Shown: positions 39,660 to 52,600 of the stretch, piece by piece
How positions within the stretch are numbered: position 1 is the stretch's first letter
How the letters are laid out: every line of letters begins with the position of its first letter
Assembly: GCA_964057225.1 (NCBI GenBank)
Contig: OZ059897.1
Span: 20,584,001-20,648,000, forward strand
DNA length: 64,000 nt
Reading direction: 5' to 3'
From: Auanema rhodensis
Lineage: Eukaryota; Animalia; Nematoda
Notes under the pieces: generated by a model
What the model was told of the DNA's origin: nothing
Databases searched by the model: none
The model's input: only the letters and a program-made list of their open reading frames with translations
Made by a program: the position numbers and the translations under genes

Positions 39660-42600
39660 CATTTTGACAAAAATTTTTTCGAAAAATTTCAAAATAATTT
39701 AGCAAAAAGTAGATGTTTTTAGATTCCTTTTTTCAAGGCAAAGACGATGGACAATGTTATTCAACGAAAAAATTAATTCTTCAGGGTGAAAATCGAGGAT
39801 ATAAGTGTAAACTTATATCAGTTGATATCTCGGTACATTTTTAAGCTAGCGCAAATCTGATAACACAGATCGACGCAGCTTAAAAATCCGCATCGAATGC
39901 ACTATACTACATGGAAGAACGCTTAATACAAAAATTAGTTATGATCGTTTGGAAAATGATGCATTAGTGTATGTTGAGTTTCCATGTACACTCAACATTG
40001 CTTCCAAAAACATTTTGACAAAAATTTTTTCGAAAAATTTCAAAATAATTTAGCAAAAAGTAGATGTTTTTAGATTCCTTTTTTCAAGGTAAAGACGATG
40101 GACAATGTTATTCAACGAAAAAATTATTTCTTCAGGGTGAAAATCGAGGATATAAGTGTGAACTTATATCAGTTGATATCTCTGTGCATTTTTAAGCTAG
40201 CGCAAATCTGATAACACAGATCGACGCAGCTTAAAAATCCGCATCGAATGCACTATACTACATTGAGAAAGGCTTAATACAAAAATTAGTTATGATCGTT
40301 TGAAAAATGATGCATTAGTGTATGTTGAGTTTCCATGTACACTCAACATTGCTTCCAAAAACATTTTGACAAAAATTTTTTCGGAAAATTTCAAAATAAT
40401 TTAGCAAAAAGTAGATGTTTTTAGATTCCTTTTTTCAAGGCAAAGACGATGGACAATGTTATTTAACGAAAAAATTAATTCTTTAGGGTGAAAATCGAGG
40501 ATATATGTGTAAACTTATATCAGTTGATATCTCGGTGCATTTTTAAGCTAGCGCAAATCTGATAACACAGATCGACGCAGCTTAAAAATCTGCATCGAAT
40601 GCACTATACGACATTGAGAAACGCTTAATACAAAAATTAGTTATGATCGTTTGAAAAATGATGCATTAGTGTATGTTGAGATTCCATGTACACTCAACAT
40701 TGCTTCCAAAAACATTTTGACAAAAATTTTTTCGAAAAATTTCAAAATAATTTAGCAAAAAGTAGATGTTTTTAGATTCCTTTTTTCAAGGCAAAGACGA
40801 TGGACAATGTTATTCAACGAAAAAATTAATTCTTCAGGGTGAAAATCGAGGATATAAGTGTGAACTTATATCAGTTGATATCTCGGTACATTTTTAAGCT
40901 AGCGCAAATCTGATAACACAGATCGACGCAGCTTAAAAATCCGCATCGAATGCATTATACTACATGGAAGAACGCTTAATACAAAAATTAGTTATGATCG
41001 TTTGGAAAATGATGCATTAGTGTATGTTGAGTTTCCATGTACACTCAACATTGCTTCCAAAAACATTTTGACAAAAATTTTTTCGAAAAATTTCAAAATA
41101 ATTTAGCAAAAAGTAGATGTTTTTAGATTCCTTTTTTCAAGGCAAAGACGATGGACAATGTTATTTAACGAAAAAATTAATTCTTCAGGGTGAAAATCGA
41201 GGATATAAGTGTGAACTTATATCAGTTGATATCTCGGTGCATTTTTAAGCTAGCGCAAATCTGATAACACAGATCGACGCAGCTTAAAAATCCGCATCGA
41301 ATGCACTATACTACATTGAGAAACGCTTAATACAAAAATTAGTTATGATCGTTTGAAAAATGATGCATTAGTGTATGTTGAGTTTCCATGTACACTCAAC
41401 ATTGCTTCCAAAAACATTTTGACAAAAATTTTTTCGAAAAATTTCAAAATAATTTAGCAAAAAGTAGATGTTTTTAGATTCCTTTTTTCAAGGCAAAGAC
41501 GATGGACAATGTTATTTAACGAAAAAATTAATTCTTTAGGGTGAAAATCGAGGATATATGTGTAAACTTATATCAGTTGATATCTCGGTGCATTTTTAAG
41601 CTAGCGCAAATCTGATAACACAGATCGACGCAGCTTAACAATCCGCATCGAATGCACTATACGACATTGAGAAACGCTTAATACAAAAATTAGTTATGAT
41701 CGTTTGAAAAATGATGCATTAGTGTATGTTGAGATTCCATGTACACTCAACATTGCTTCCAAAAACATTTTGACAAAAATTTTTTCGAAAAATTTCAAAA
41801 TAATTTAGCAAAAAGTAGATGTTTTTAGATTCCTTTTTTCAAGGCAAAGACGATGGACAATGTTATTTAACGAAAAAATTAATTCTTTAGGGTGAAAATC
41901 GAGGATATATGTGTAAACTTATATCAGTTGATATCTCGGTACATTTTTAAGCTAGCGCAAATCTGATAACACAGATCGACGCAGCTTAAAAATCCGCATC
42001 GAATGCATTATACTACATGGAAGAACGCTTAATACAAAAATTAGTTATGATCGTTTGGAAAATGATGCATTAGTGTATGTTGAGTTTCCATGTACACTCA
42101 ACATTGCTTCCAAAAACATTTTGACAAAAATTTTTTCGAAAAATTTCAAAATAATTTAGCAAAAAGTAGATGTTTTTAGATTCCTTTTTTCAAGGCAAAG
42201 ACGATGGACAATGTTATTTAACGAAAAAATTAATTCTTCAGGGTGAAAATCGAGGATATAAGTGTGAACTTATATCAGTTGATATCTCGGTGCATTTTTA
42301 AGCTAGCGCAAATCTGATAACACAGATCGACGCAGCTTAAAAATCCGCATCGAATGCACTATACTACATTGAGAAACGCTTAATACAAAAATTAGTTATG
42401 ATCGTTTGAAAAATGATGCATTAGTGTATGTTGAGTTTCCATGTACACTCAACATTGCTTCCAAAAACATTTTGACAAAAATTTTTTCGAAAAATTTCAA
42501 AATAATTTAGCAAAAAGTAGATGTTTTTAGATTCCTTTTTTCAAGGCAAAGACGATGGACAATGTTATTTAACGAAAAAATTAATTCTTCAGGGTGAAAA

Positions 42601-42818
42601 TCGAGGATATAAGTGTAAACTTATATCAGTTGATATCTCGGTGCATTTTTAAGCTAGCGCAAATCTGATAACACAGATCGACGCAGCTTAAAAATCCGCA
42701 TCGAATGCACTATACTACATTGAAAAACGCTTAATACAAAAATTAGTTATGATCGTTTGAAAAATGATGCATTAGTGTATGTTGAGTTTCCATGTACACT
42801 CAACATTGCTTCCAAAAA

Positions 42819-44222
42819 CATTTTGACAAAAATTTTTTCGAAAAATTTCAAAATAATTTAGCAAAAAGTAGATGTTTTTAGATTCCTTTTTTCAAGGCAA
42901 AGACGATGGACAATGTTATTCAACGAAAAAATTAATTCTTCAGGGTGAAAAGCGAGGATATAAGTGTGAACTTATATCAGTTGATATCTCGGTACATTTT
43001 TAAGCTAGCGCAAATCTGATAACACAGATCGACGCAGCTTAAAAATCTGCATCGAATGCACTATACTACATGAAAGAATGCTTAATACAAAAATTAGTTA
43101 TGATCGTTTGGAAAATGATGCATTAGTGTATGTTGAGTTTCCATGTACACTCAACATTGCTTCCAAAAACATTTTGACAAAAATTTTTTCGAAAAATTTC
43201 AAAATAATTTAGCAAAAAGTAGATGTTTTTAGATTCCTTTTTTCAAGGTAAAGACGATGGACAATGTTATTCAACGAAAAAATTATTTCTTCAGGGTGAA
43301 AATCGAGGATATAAGTGTGAACTTATATCAGTTGATATCTCGGTGCATTTTTAAGCTAGCGCAAATCTGATAACACAGATCGACGCAGCTTAAAAATCCG
43401 CATCGAATGCACTATACTACATTGAGAAACGCTTAATACAAAAATTAGTTATGATCGTTTGAAAAATGATGCATTAGTGTATGTTGAGTTTCCATGTACA
43501 CTCAACATTGCTTCCAAAAACATTTTGACAAAAATTTTTTCGAAAAATTTCAAAATAATTTAGCAAAAAGTAGATGTTTTTAGATTCCTTTTTTCAAGGC
43601 AAAGACGATGGACAATGTTATTCAACGAAAAAATTAATTCTTCAGGGTGAAAAGCGAGGATATAAGTGTGAACTTATATCAGTTGATATCTCGGTACATT
43701 TTTAAGCTAGCGCAAATCTGATAACACAGATCGACGCAGCTTAAAAATCTGCATCGAATGCACTATACTACATAGAAGAATGCTTAATACAAAAATTAGT
43801 TATGATCGTTTGGAAAATGATGCATTAGTGTATGTTGAGTTTCCATGTACACTCAACATTGCTTCCAAAAACATTTTGACAAAAATTTTTTCGAAAAATT
43901 TCAAAATAATTTAGCAAAAAGTAGATGTTTTTAGATTCCTTTTTTCAAGGTAAAGACGATGGACAATGTTATTCAACGAAAAAATTATTTCTTCAGGGTG
44001 AAAATCGAGGATATAAGTGTGAACTTATATCAGTTGATATCTCGGTGCATTTTTAAGCTAGCGCAAATCTGATAACACAGATCGACGCAGCTTAAAAATC
44101 CGCATCGAATGCACTATACTACATTGAGAAACGCTTAATACAAAAATTAGTTATGATCGTTTGAAAAATGATGCATTAGTGTATGTTGAGTTTCCATGTA
44201 CACTCAACATTGCTTCCAAAAA
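42819..44222. repeat. Tandem 2-mer duplication (702 bp)
   Basis: The rare AAAGCGAGG variant lies at about 42951 and about 43653, each followed by an AGGTAAAG monomer. Confidence 0.85.
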
Positions 44223-46326
44223 CATTTTGACAAAAATTTTTTCGAAAAATTTCAGAATAATTTAGCAAAAAGTAGATGTTTTTAGATTCCTTTTTTCAAG
44301 GCAAAGACGATGGACAATGTTATTTAACGAAAAAATTAATTCTTTAGGGTGAAAATCGAGGATATAAGTGTAAACTTATATCAGTTGATATCTCGGTGCA
44401 TTTTTAAGCTAGCGCAAATCTGATAACACAGATCGACGCAGCTTAAAAATCCGCATCGAATGCACTATACTACATTGAGAAACGCTTAATACAAAAATTA
44501 GTTATGATCGTTTAAAAATGATGCATTAGTGTATGTTGAGTTTCCATGTACACTCAACATTGCTTCCAAAAACATTTTGACAAAAATTTTTTCGAAAAAT
44601 TTCAAAATAATTTAGCAAAAAGTAGATGTTTTTAGATTCCTTTTTTCAAGGCAAAGACGATGGACAATGTTATTCAACGAAAAAATTAATTCTTCAGGGT
44701 GAAAATCGAGGATATAAGTGTGAACTTATATCAGTTGATATCTCGGTACATTTTTAAGCTAGCGCAAATCTGATAACACAGATCGACGCAGCTTAAAAAT
44801 CCGCATCGAATGCACTATACTACATGGAAGAACTCTTAATACAAAAATAAGTTATGATCGTTTGGAAAATGATGCATTAGTGTATGTTGAGTTTCCATGT
44901 ACACTCAACATTGCTTCCAAAAACATTTTGACAAAAATTTTTTCGAAAAATTTCAAAATAATTTAGCAAAAAGTAGATGTTTTTAGATTCCTTTTTTCAA
45001 GGTAAAGACGATGGACAATGTTATTCAACGAAAAAATTATTTCTTCAGGGTGAAAATCGAGGATATAAGTGTGAACTTATATCAGTTGATATCTCGGTGC
45101 ATTTTTAAGCTAGCGCAAATCTGATAACACAGATCGACGCAGCTTAAAAATCCGCATCGAATGCACTATACTACATTGAGAAACGCTTAATACAAAAATT
45201 AGTTATGATCGTTTGAAAAATGATGCATTAGTGTATGTTGAGTTTCCATGTACACTCAACATTGCTTCCAAAAACATTTTGACAAAAATTTTTTCGAAAA
45301 ATTTCAGAATAATTTAGCAAAAAGTAGATGTTTTTAGATTCCTTTTTTCAAGGCAAAGACGATGGACAATGTTATTTAACGAAAAAATTAATTCTTTAGG
45401 GTGAAAATCGAGGATATAAGTGTAAACTTATATCAGTTGATATCTCGGTGCATTTTTAAGCTAGCGCAAATCTGATAACACAGATCGACGCAGCTTAAAA
45501 ATCCGCATCGAATGCACTATACTACATTGAGAAACGCTTAATACAAAAATTAGTTATGATCGTTTAAAAATGATGCATTAGTGTATGTTGAGTTTCCATG
45601 TACACTCAACATTGCTTCCAAAAACATTTTGACAAAAATTTTTTCGAAAAATTTCAAAATAATTTAGCAAAAAGTAGATGTTTTTAGATTCCTTTTTTCA
45701 AGGCAAAGACGATGGACAATGTTATTCAACGAAAAAATTAATTCTTCAGGGTGAAAATCGAGGATATAAGTGTGAACTTATATCAGTTGATATCTCGGTA
45801 CATTTTTAAGCTAGCGCAAATCTGATAACACAGATCGACGCAGCTTAAAAATCCGCATCGAATGCACTATACTACATGGAAGAACTCTTAATACAAAAAT
45901 TAGTTATGATCGTTTGGAAAATGATGCATTAGTGTATGTTGAGTTTCCATGTACACTCAACATTGCTTCCAAAAACATTTTGACAAAAATTTTTTCGAAA
46001 AATTTCAAAATAATTTAGCAAAAAGTAGATGTTTTTAGATTCCTTTTTTCAAGGTAAAGACGATGGACAATGTTATTCAACGAAAAAATTATTTCTTCAG
46101 GGTGAAAATCGAGGATATAAGTGTGAACTTATATCAGTTGATATCTCGGTGCATTTTTAAGCTAGCGCAAATCTGATAACACAGATCGACGCAGCTTAAA
46201 AATCCGCATCGAATGCACTATACTACATTGAGAAACGCTTAATACAAAAATTAGTTATGATCGTTTGAAAAATGATGCATTAGTGTATGTTGAGTTTCCA
46301 TGTACACTCAACATTGCTTCCAAAAA
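44223..46326. repeat. Tandem 3-mer duplication (1052 bp, includes a 1-bp deletion)
   Basis: The G deletion (CGTTTAAAAATG) lies at about 44513 and about 45565. GAACTCTT lies at about 44833 and about 45885. Confidence 0.9.
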
Positions 46327-49300
46327 CATTTTGACAAAAATTTTTTCGAAAAATTTCAAAATAATTTAGCAAAAAGTAGATGTTTTTAGATTCCTTTTTT
46401 CAAGGCAAAGACGATGAACAATGTTATTCAACGAAAAAATTAATTCTTCAGGGTGAAAATCGAGGATATAAGTGTAAACTTATATCAGTTGCTATCTTGG
46501 TGCATTTTTAAGCTAGCGCAAATCTGATAATACAGATCGACGCAGCTTAAAAATCCGCATCGAATGCACTATACGACATTGAGAAACGCTTAATACAAAA
46601 ATTAGTTATGATCGTTTGAAAAATGATGCATTAGTGTATGTTGAGTTTCCATGTACACTCAACATTGCTTCCAAAAACATTTTGACAAAAATTTTTTCGA
46701 AAAATTTCAAAATAATTTAGCAAAAAGTAGATGTTTTTAGATTCCTTTTTTCAAGGCAAAGACGATGGACAATGTTATTCAACGAAAAAATTAATTCTTC
46801 AGGGTGAAAATCGAGGATATAAGTGTGAACTTATATCAGTTGATATCTCGGTACATTTTTAAGCTAGCGCAAATCTGATAACACAGATCGACGCAGCTTA
46901 AAAATCCGCATCGAATGCACTATACTACATGGAAGAACGCTTAATACAAAAATTAGTTATGATCGTTTGGAAAATGATGCATTAGTGTATGTTGAGTTTC
47001 CATGTACACTCAACATTGCTTCCAAAAACATTTTGACAAAAATTTTTTCGAAAAATTTCAAAATAATTTAGCAAAAAGTAGATGTTTTTAGATTCCTTTT
47101 TTCAAGGTAAAGACGATGGACAATGTTATTCAACGAAAAAATTATTTCTTCAGGGTGAAAATCGAGGATATAAGTGTGAACTTATATCAGTTGATATCTC
47201 GGTGCATTTTTAAGCTAGCGCAAATCTGATAACACAGATCGACGCAGCTTAAAAATCCGCATCGAATGCACTATACTACATTGAGAAACGCTTAATACAA
47301 AAATTAGTTATGATCGTTTGAAAAATGATGCATTAGTGTATGTTGAGTTTCCATGTACACTCAACATTGCTTCCAAAAACATTTTGACAAAAATTTTTTC
47401 GAAAAATTTCAAAATAATTTAGCAAAAAGTAGATGTTTTTAGATTCCTTTTTTCAAGGCAAAGACGATGGACAATGTTATTCAACGAAAAAATTAATTCT
47501 TCAGGGTGAAAATCGAGGATATAAGTGTAAACTTATATCAGTTGATATCTTGGTGCATTTTTAAGCTAGCGCAAATCTGATAACACAGATCGGCGCAGCT
47601 TAAAAATCCGCATCGAATGCACTATACTACATTGAGAAACGCTTAATACAAAAATTAGTTATGATCGTTTGAAAAATGATGCATTAGTGTATGTTGAGTT
47701 TCCATGTACACTCAACATTGCTTCCAAAAACATTTTGACAAAAATTTTTTCGAAAAATTTCAAAATAATTTAGCAAAAAGTAGATGTTTTTAGATTCCTT
47801 TTTTCAAGTCAAAGACGATGGACAATGTTATTTAACGAAAAAATTAATTCTTCAGGGTGAAAATCGAGGATATAAGTGTAAACTTATATCAGTTGATATC
47901 TCGGTGCATTTTTAAGCTAGCGCAAATCTGATAACACAGATCGACGCAGCTTAAAAATCCGCATCGAATGCACTATACTACATTGAGAAACGCTTAAAAC
48001 AAAAATTAGTTATGATCGTTTGAAAAATGATGCATTAGTGTATGTTGAGTTTCCATGTACACTCAACATTGCTTCCAAAAACATTTTGACAAAAATTTTT
48101 TCGAAAAATTTCAAAATAATTTAGCAAAAAGTAGATGTTTTTAGATTCCTTTTTTCAAGGCAAAGACGATGGACAATGTTATTCAACGAAAAAATTAATT
48201 CTTCAGGGTGAAAATCGAGGATATAAGTGTAAACTTATATCAGTTGATATCTTGGTGCATTTTTAAGCTAGCGCAAATCTGATAACACAGATCGGCGCAG
48301 CTTAAAAATCCGCATCGAATGCACTATACTACATTGAGAAACGCTTAATACAAAAATTAGTTATGATCGTTTGAAAAATGATGCATTAGTGTATGTTGAG
48401 TTTCCATGTACACTCAACATTGCTTCCAAAAACATTTTGACAAAAATTTTTTCGAAAAATTTCAAAATAATTTAGCAAAAAGTAGATGTTTTTAGATTCC
48501 TTTTTTCAAGTCAAAGACGATGGACAATGTTATTTAACGAAAAAATTAATTCTTCAGGGTGAAAATCGAGGATATAAGTGTAAACTTATATCAGTTGATA
48601 TCTCGGTGCATTTTTAAGCTAGCGCAAATCTGATAACACAGATCGACGCAGCTTAAAAATCCGCATCGAATGCACTATACTACATTGAGAAACGCTTAAA
48701 ACAAAAATTAGTTATGATCGTTTGAAAAATGATGCATTAGTGTATGTCGAGTTTCCATGTACACTCAACATTGCTTCCAAAAACATTTTGACAAAAATTT
48801 TTTCGAAAAATTTCAAAATAATTTAGCAAAAAGTAGATGTTTTTAGATTCCTTTTTTCAAGTCAAAGACGATGGACAATGTTATTTAACGAAAAAATTAA
48901 TTCTTCAGGGTGAAAATCGAGGATATAAGTGTAAACTTATATCAGTTGATATCTCGGTGCATTTTTAAGCTAGCGCAAATCTGATAACACAGATCGACGC
49001 AGCTTAAAAATCCGCATCGAATGCACTATACTACATTGAGAAACGCTTAAAACAAAAATTAGTTATGATCGTTTGAAAAATGATGCATTAGTGTATGTCG
49101 AGTTTCCATGTACACTCAACATTGCTTCCAAAAACATTTTGACAAAAATTTTTTCGAAAAATTTCAAAATAATTTAGCAAAAAGTAGATGTTTTTAGATT
49201 CCTTTTTTCAAGGCAAAGACGATGGACCATGTTATTCAACGAAAAAATTATTTCTTCAGGGTGAAAATCGAGGATATAAGTGTGAACTTATATCAGTTGA

Positions 49301-52300
49301 TATCTCGGTGCATTTTTAAGCTAGCGCAAATCTGATAACACAGATCGACGCAGCTTAAAAATCCGCATCGAATGCACTGTACTACATGGAAGAACGCTTA
49401 ATACAAAAATTAGTTATGATCGTTTGAAAAATGATGCATTAGTGTATGTTGAGTTTCCATGTACACTCAACATTGCTTCCAAAAACATTTTGACAAAAAT
49501 TTTTTCGAAAAATTTCAAAATAATTTAGTAAAAAGTAGATGTTTTTAGATTCCTTTTCTCAAGGCAAAGACGATGGACAATGTTATTCAACAAAAAAATT
49601 ATTTCTTCAGGGTGAAAATCGAGGATATAAGTGTGAACTTATATCAGTTGATATCTCGGTGCATTTTTAAGCTAGCGCAAATCTGATAACACAGATCGAC
49701 GCAGCTTAAAAATCCGCATCGAATGCACTATACTACATTGAGAAACGCTTAATACAAAAATTAGTTATGATCGTTTGAAAAATGATGCATTAGTGTATGT
49801 TGAGTTTCCATGTACACTCAACATTGCTTCCAAAAACATTTTGACAAAAATTTTTTCGAAAAATTTCAGAATAATTTAGCAAAAAGTAGATGTTTTTAGA
49901 TTCCTTTTTTTAAGGCAAAGACGATGGACGATGTTATTCAACGAAAAAATTATTTTTTCAGGGTGAAAATCGAGGATATAAGTGTGAACTTATATCAGTT
50001 GATATCTCGGTGCATTTTTAAGCTAGCGCAAATCTGATAACACAGATCGACGCAGCTTAAAAATCCGCATCGAATGCACTATACTACATTGAGAAACGCT
50101 TAATACAAAAATTAGTTATGATCGTTTAAAAATGATGCATTAGTGTATGTTGAGTTTCCATGTACACTCAACATTGCTTCCAAAAACATTTTGACAAAAA
50201 TTTTTTCGAAAAATTTCAAAATAATTTAGCAAAAAGTAGATGTTTTTAGATTCCTTTTTTCAAGGCAAAGACGATGGACAATGTTATTCAACGAAAAAAT
50301 TAATTCTTCAGGGTGAAAATCGAGGATATAAGTGTGAACTTATATCAGTTGATATCTCGGTACATTTTTAAGCTAGCGCAAATCTGATAACACAGATCGA
50401 CGCAGCTTAAAAATCCGCATCGAATGCACTATACTACATGGAAGAACTCTTAATACAAAAATTAGTTATGATCGTTTGGAAAATGATGCATTAGTGTATG
50501 TTGAGTTTCCATGTACACTCAACATTGCTTCCAAAAACATTTTGACAAAAATTTTTTCGAAAAATTTCAAAATAATTTAGCAAAAAGTAGATGTTTTTAG
50601 ATTCCTTTTTTCAAGGTAAAGACGATGGACAATGTTATTCAACGAAAAAATTATTTCTTCAGGGTGAAAATCGAGGATATAAGTGTGAACTTATATCAGT
50701 TGATATCTCGGTGCATTTTTAAGCTAGCGCAAATCTGATAACACAGATCGACGCAGCTTAAAAATCCGCATCGAATGCACTATACTACATTGAGAAACGC
50801 TTAATACAAAAATTAGTTATGATCGTTTGAAAAATGATGCATTAGTGTATGTTGAGTTTCCATGTACACTCAACATTGCTTCCAAAAACATTTTGACAAA
50901 AATTTTTTCGAAAAATTTCAAAATAATTTAGCAAAAAGTAGATGTTTTTAGATTCCTTTTTTCAAGGCAAAGACGATGAACAATGTTATTCAACGAAAAA
51001 ATTAATTCTTCAGGGTGAAAATCGAGGATATAAGTGTAAACTTATATCAGTTGCTATCTTGGTGCATTTTTAAGCTAGCGCAAATCTGATAATACAGATC
51101 GACGCAGCTTAAAAATCCGCATCGAATGCACTATACGACATTGAGAAACGCTTAATACAAAAATTAGTTATGATCGTTTGAAAAATGATGCATTAGTGTA
51201 TGTTGAGTTTCCATGTACACTCAACATTGCTTCCAAAAACATTTTGACAAAAATTTTTTCGAAAAATTTCGAAATAATTTAGCAAAAAGTAGATGTTTTT
51301 AGATTCCTTTTTTCAAGGCAAAGACGATGGACAATGTTATTCAACGAAAAAATTAATTCTTCAGGGTGAAAATCGAGGATATAAGTGTGAACTTATATCA
51401 GTTGATATCTCGGTACATTTTTAAGCTAGCGCAAATCTGATAACACAGATCGACGCAGCTTAAAAATCCGCATCGAATGCACTATACTACATGGAAGAAC
51501 GCTTAATACAAAAATTAGTTATGATCGTTTGGAAAATGATGCATTAGTGTATGTTGAGTTTCCATGTACACTCAACATTGCTTCCAAAAACATTTTGACA
51601 AAAATTTTTTCGAAAAATTTCAAAATAATTTAGCAAAAAGTAGATGTTTTTAGATTCCTTTTTTCAAGGTAAAGACGATGGACAATGTTATTCAACGAAA
51701 AAATTATTTCTTCAGGGTGAAAATCGAGGATATAAGTGTGAACTTATATCAGTTGATATCTCGGTGCATTTTTAAGCTAGCGCAAATCTGATAACACAGA
51801 TCGACGCAGCTTAAAAATCCGCATCGAATGCACTATACTACATTGAGAAACGCTTAATACAAAAATTAGTTATGATCGTTTGAAAAATGATGCATTAGTG
51901 TATGTTGAGTTTCCATGTACACTCAACATTGCTTCCAAAAACATTTTGACAAAAATTTTTTCGAAAAATTTCAAAATAATTTAGCAAAAAGTAGATGTTT
52001 TTAGATTCCTTTTTTCAAGGCAAAGACGATGGACAATGTTATTCAACGAAAAAATTAATTCTTCAGGGTGAAAATCGAGGATATAAGTGTAAACTTATAT
52101 CAGTTGATATCTTGGTGCATTTTTAAGCTAGCGCAAATCTGATAACACAGATCGGCGCAGCTTAAAAATCCGCATCGAATGCACTATACTACATTGAGAA
52201 ACGCTTAATACAAAAATTAGTTATGATCGTTTGAAAAATGATGCATTAGTGTATGTTGAGTTTCCATGTACACTCAACATTGCTTCCAAAAACATTTTGA

Positions 52301-52600
52301 CAAAAATTTTTTCGAAAAATTTCAAAATAATTTAGCAAAAAGTAGATGTTTTTAGATTCCTTTTTTCAAGTCAAAGACGATGGACAATGTTATTTAACGA
52401 AAAAATTAATTCTTCAGGGTGAAAATCGAGGATATAAGTGTAAACTTATATCAGTTGATATCTCGGTGCATTTTTAAGCTAGCGCAAATCTGATAACACA
52501 GATCGACGCAGCTTAAAAATCCGCATCGAATGCACTATACTACATTGAGAAACGCTTAATACAAAAATTAGTTATGATCGTTTGAAAAATGATGCATTAG
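45450..52600. repeat. Block duplicated at a 13-monomer offset (4562 bp), approximate boundaries
   Basis: Matching variant pairs: G deletion 45565/50127, GATGAACA about 46416/50978, GTTGCTATC about 46491/51053, GATCGGCGC 47591/52153 and AAGTCAAAG about 47809/52371. Confidence 0.88.
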
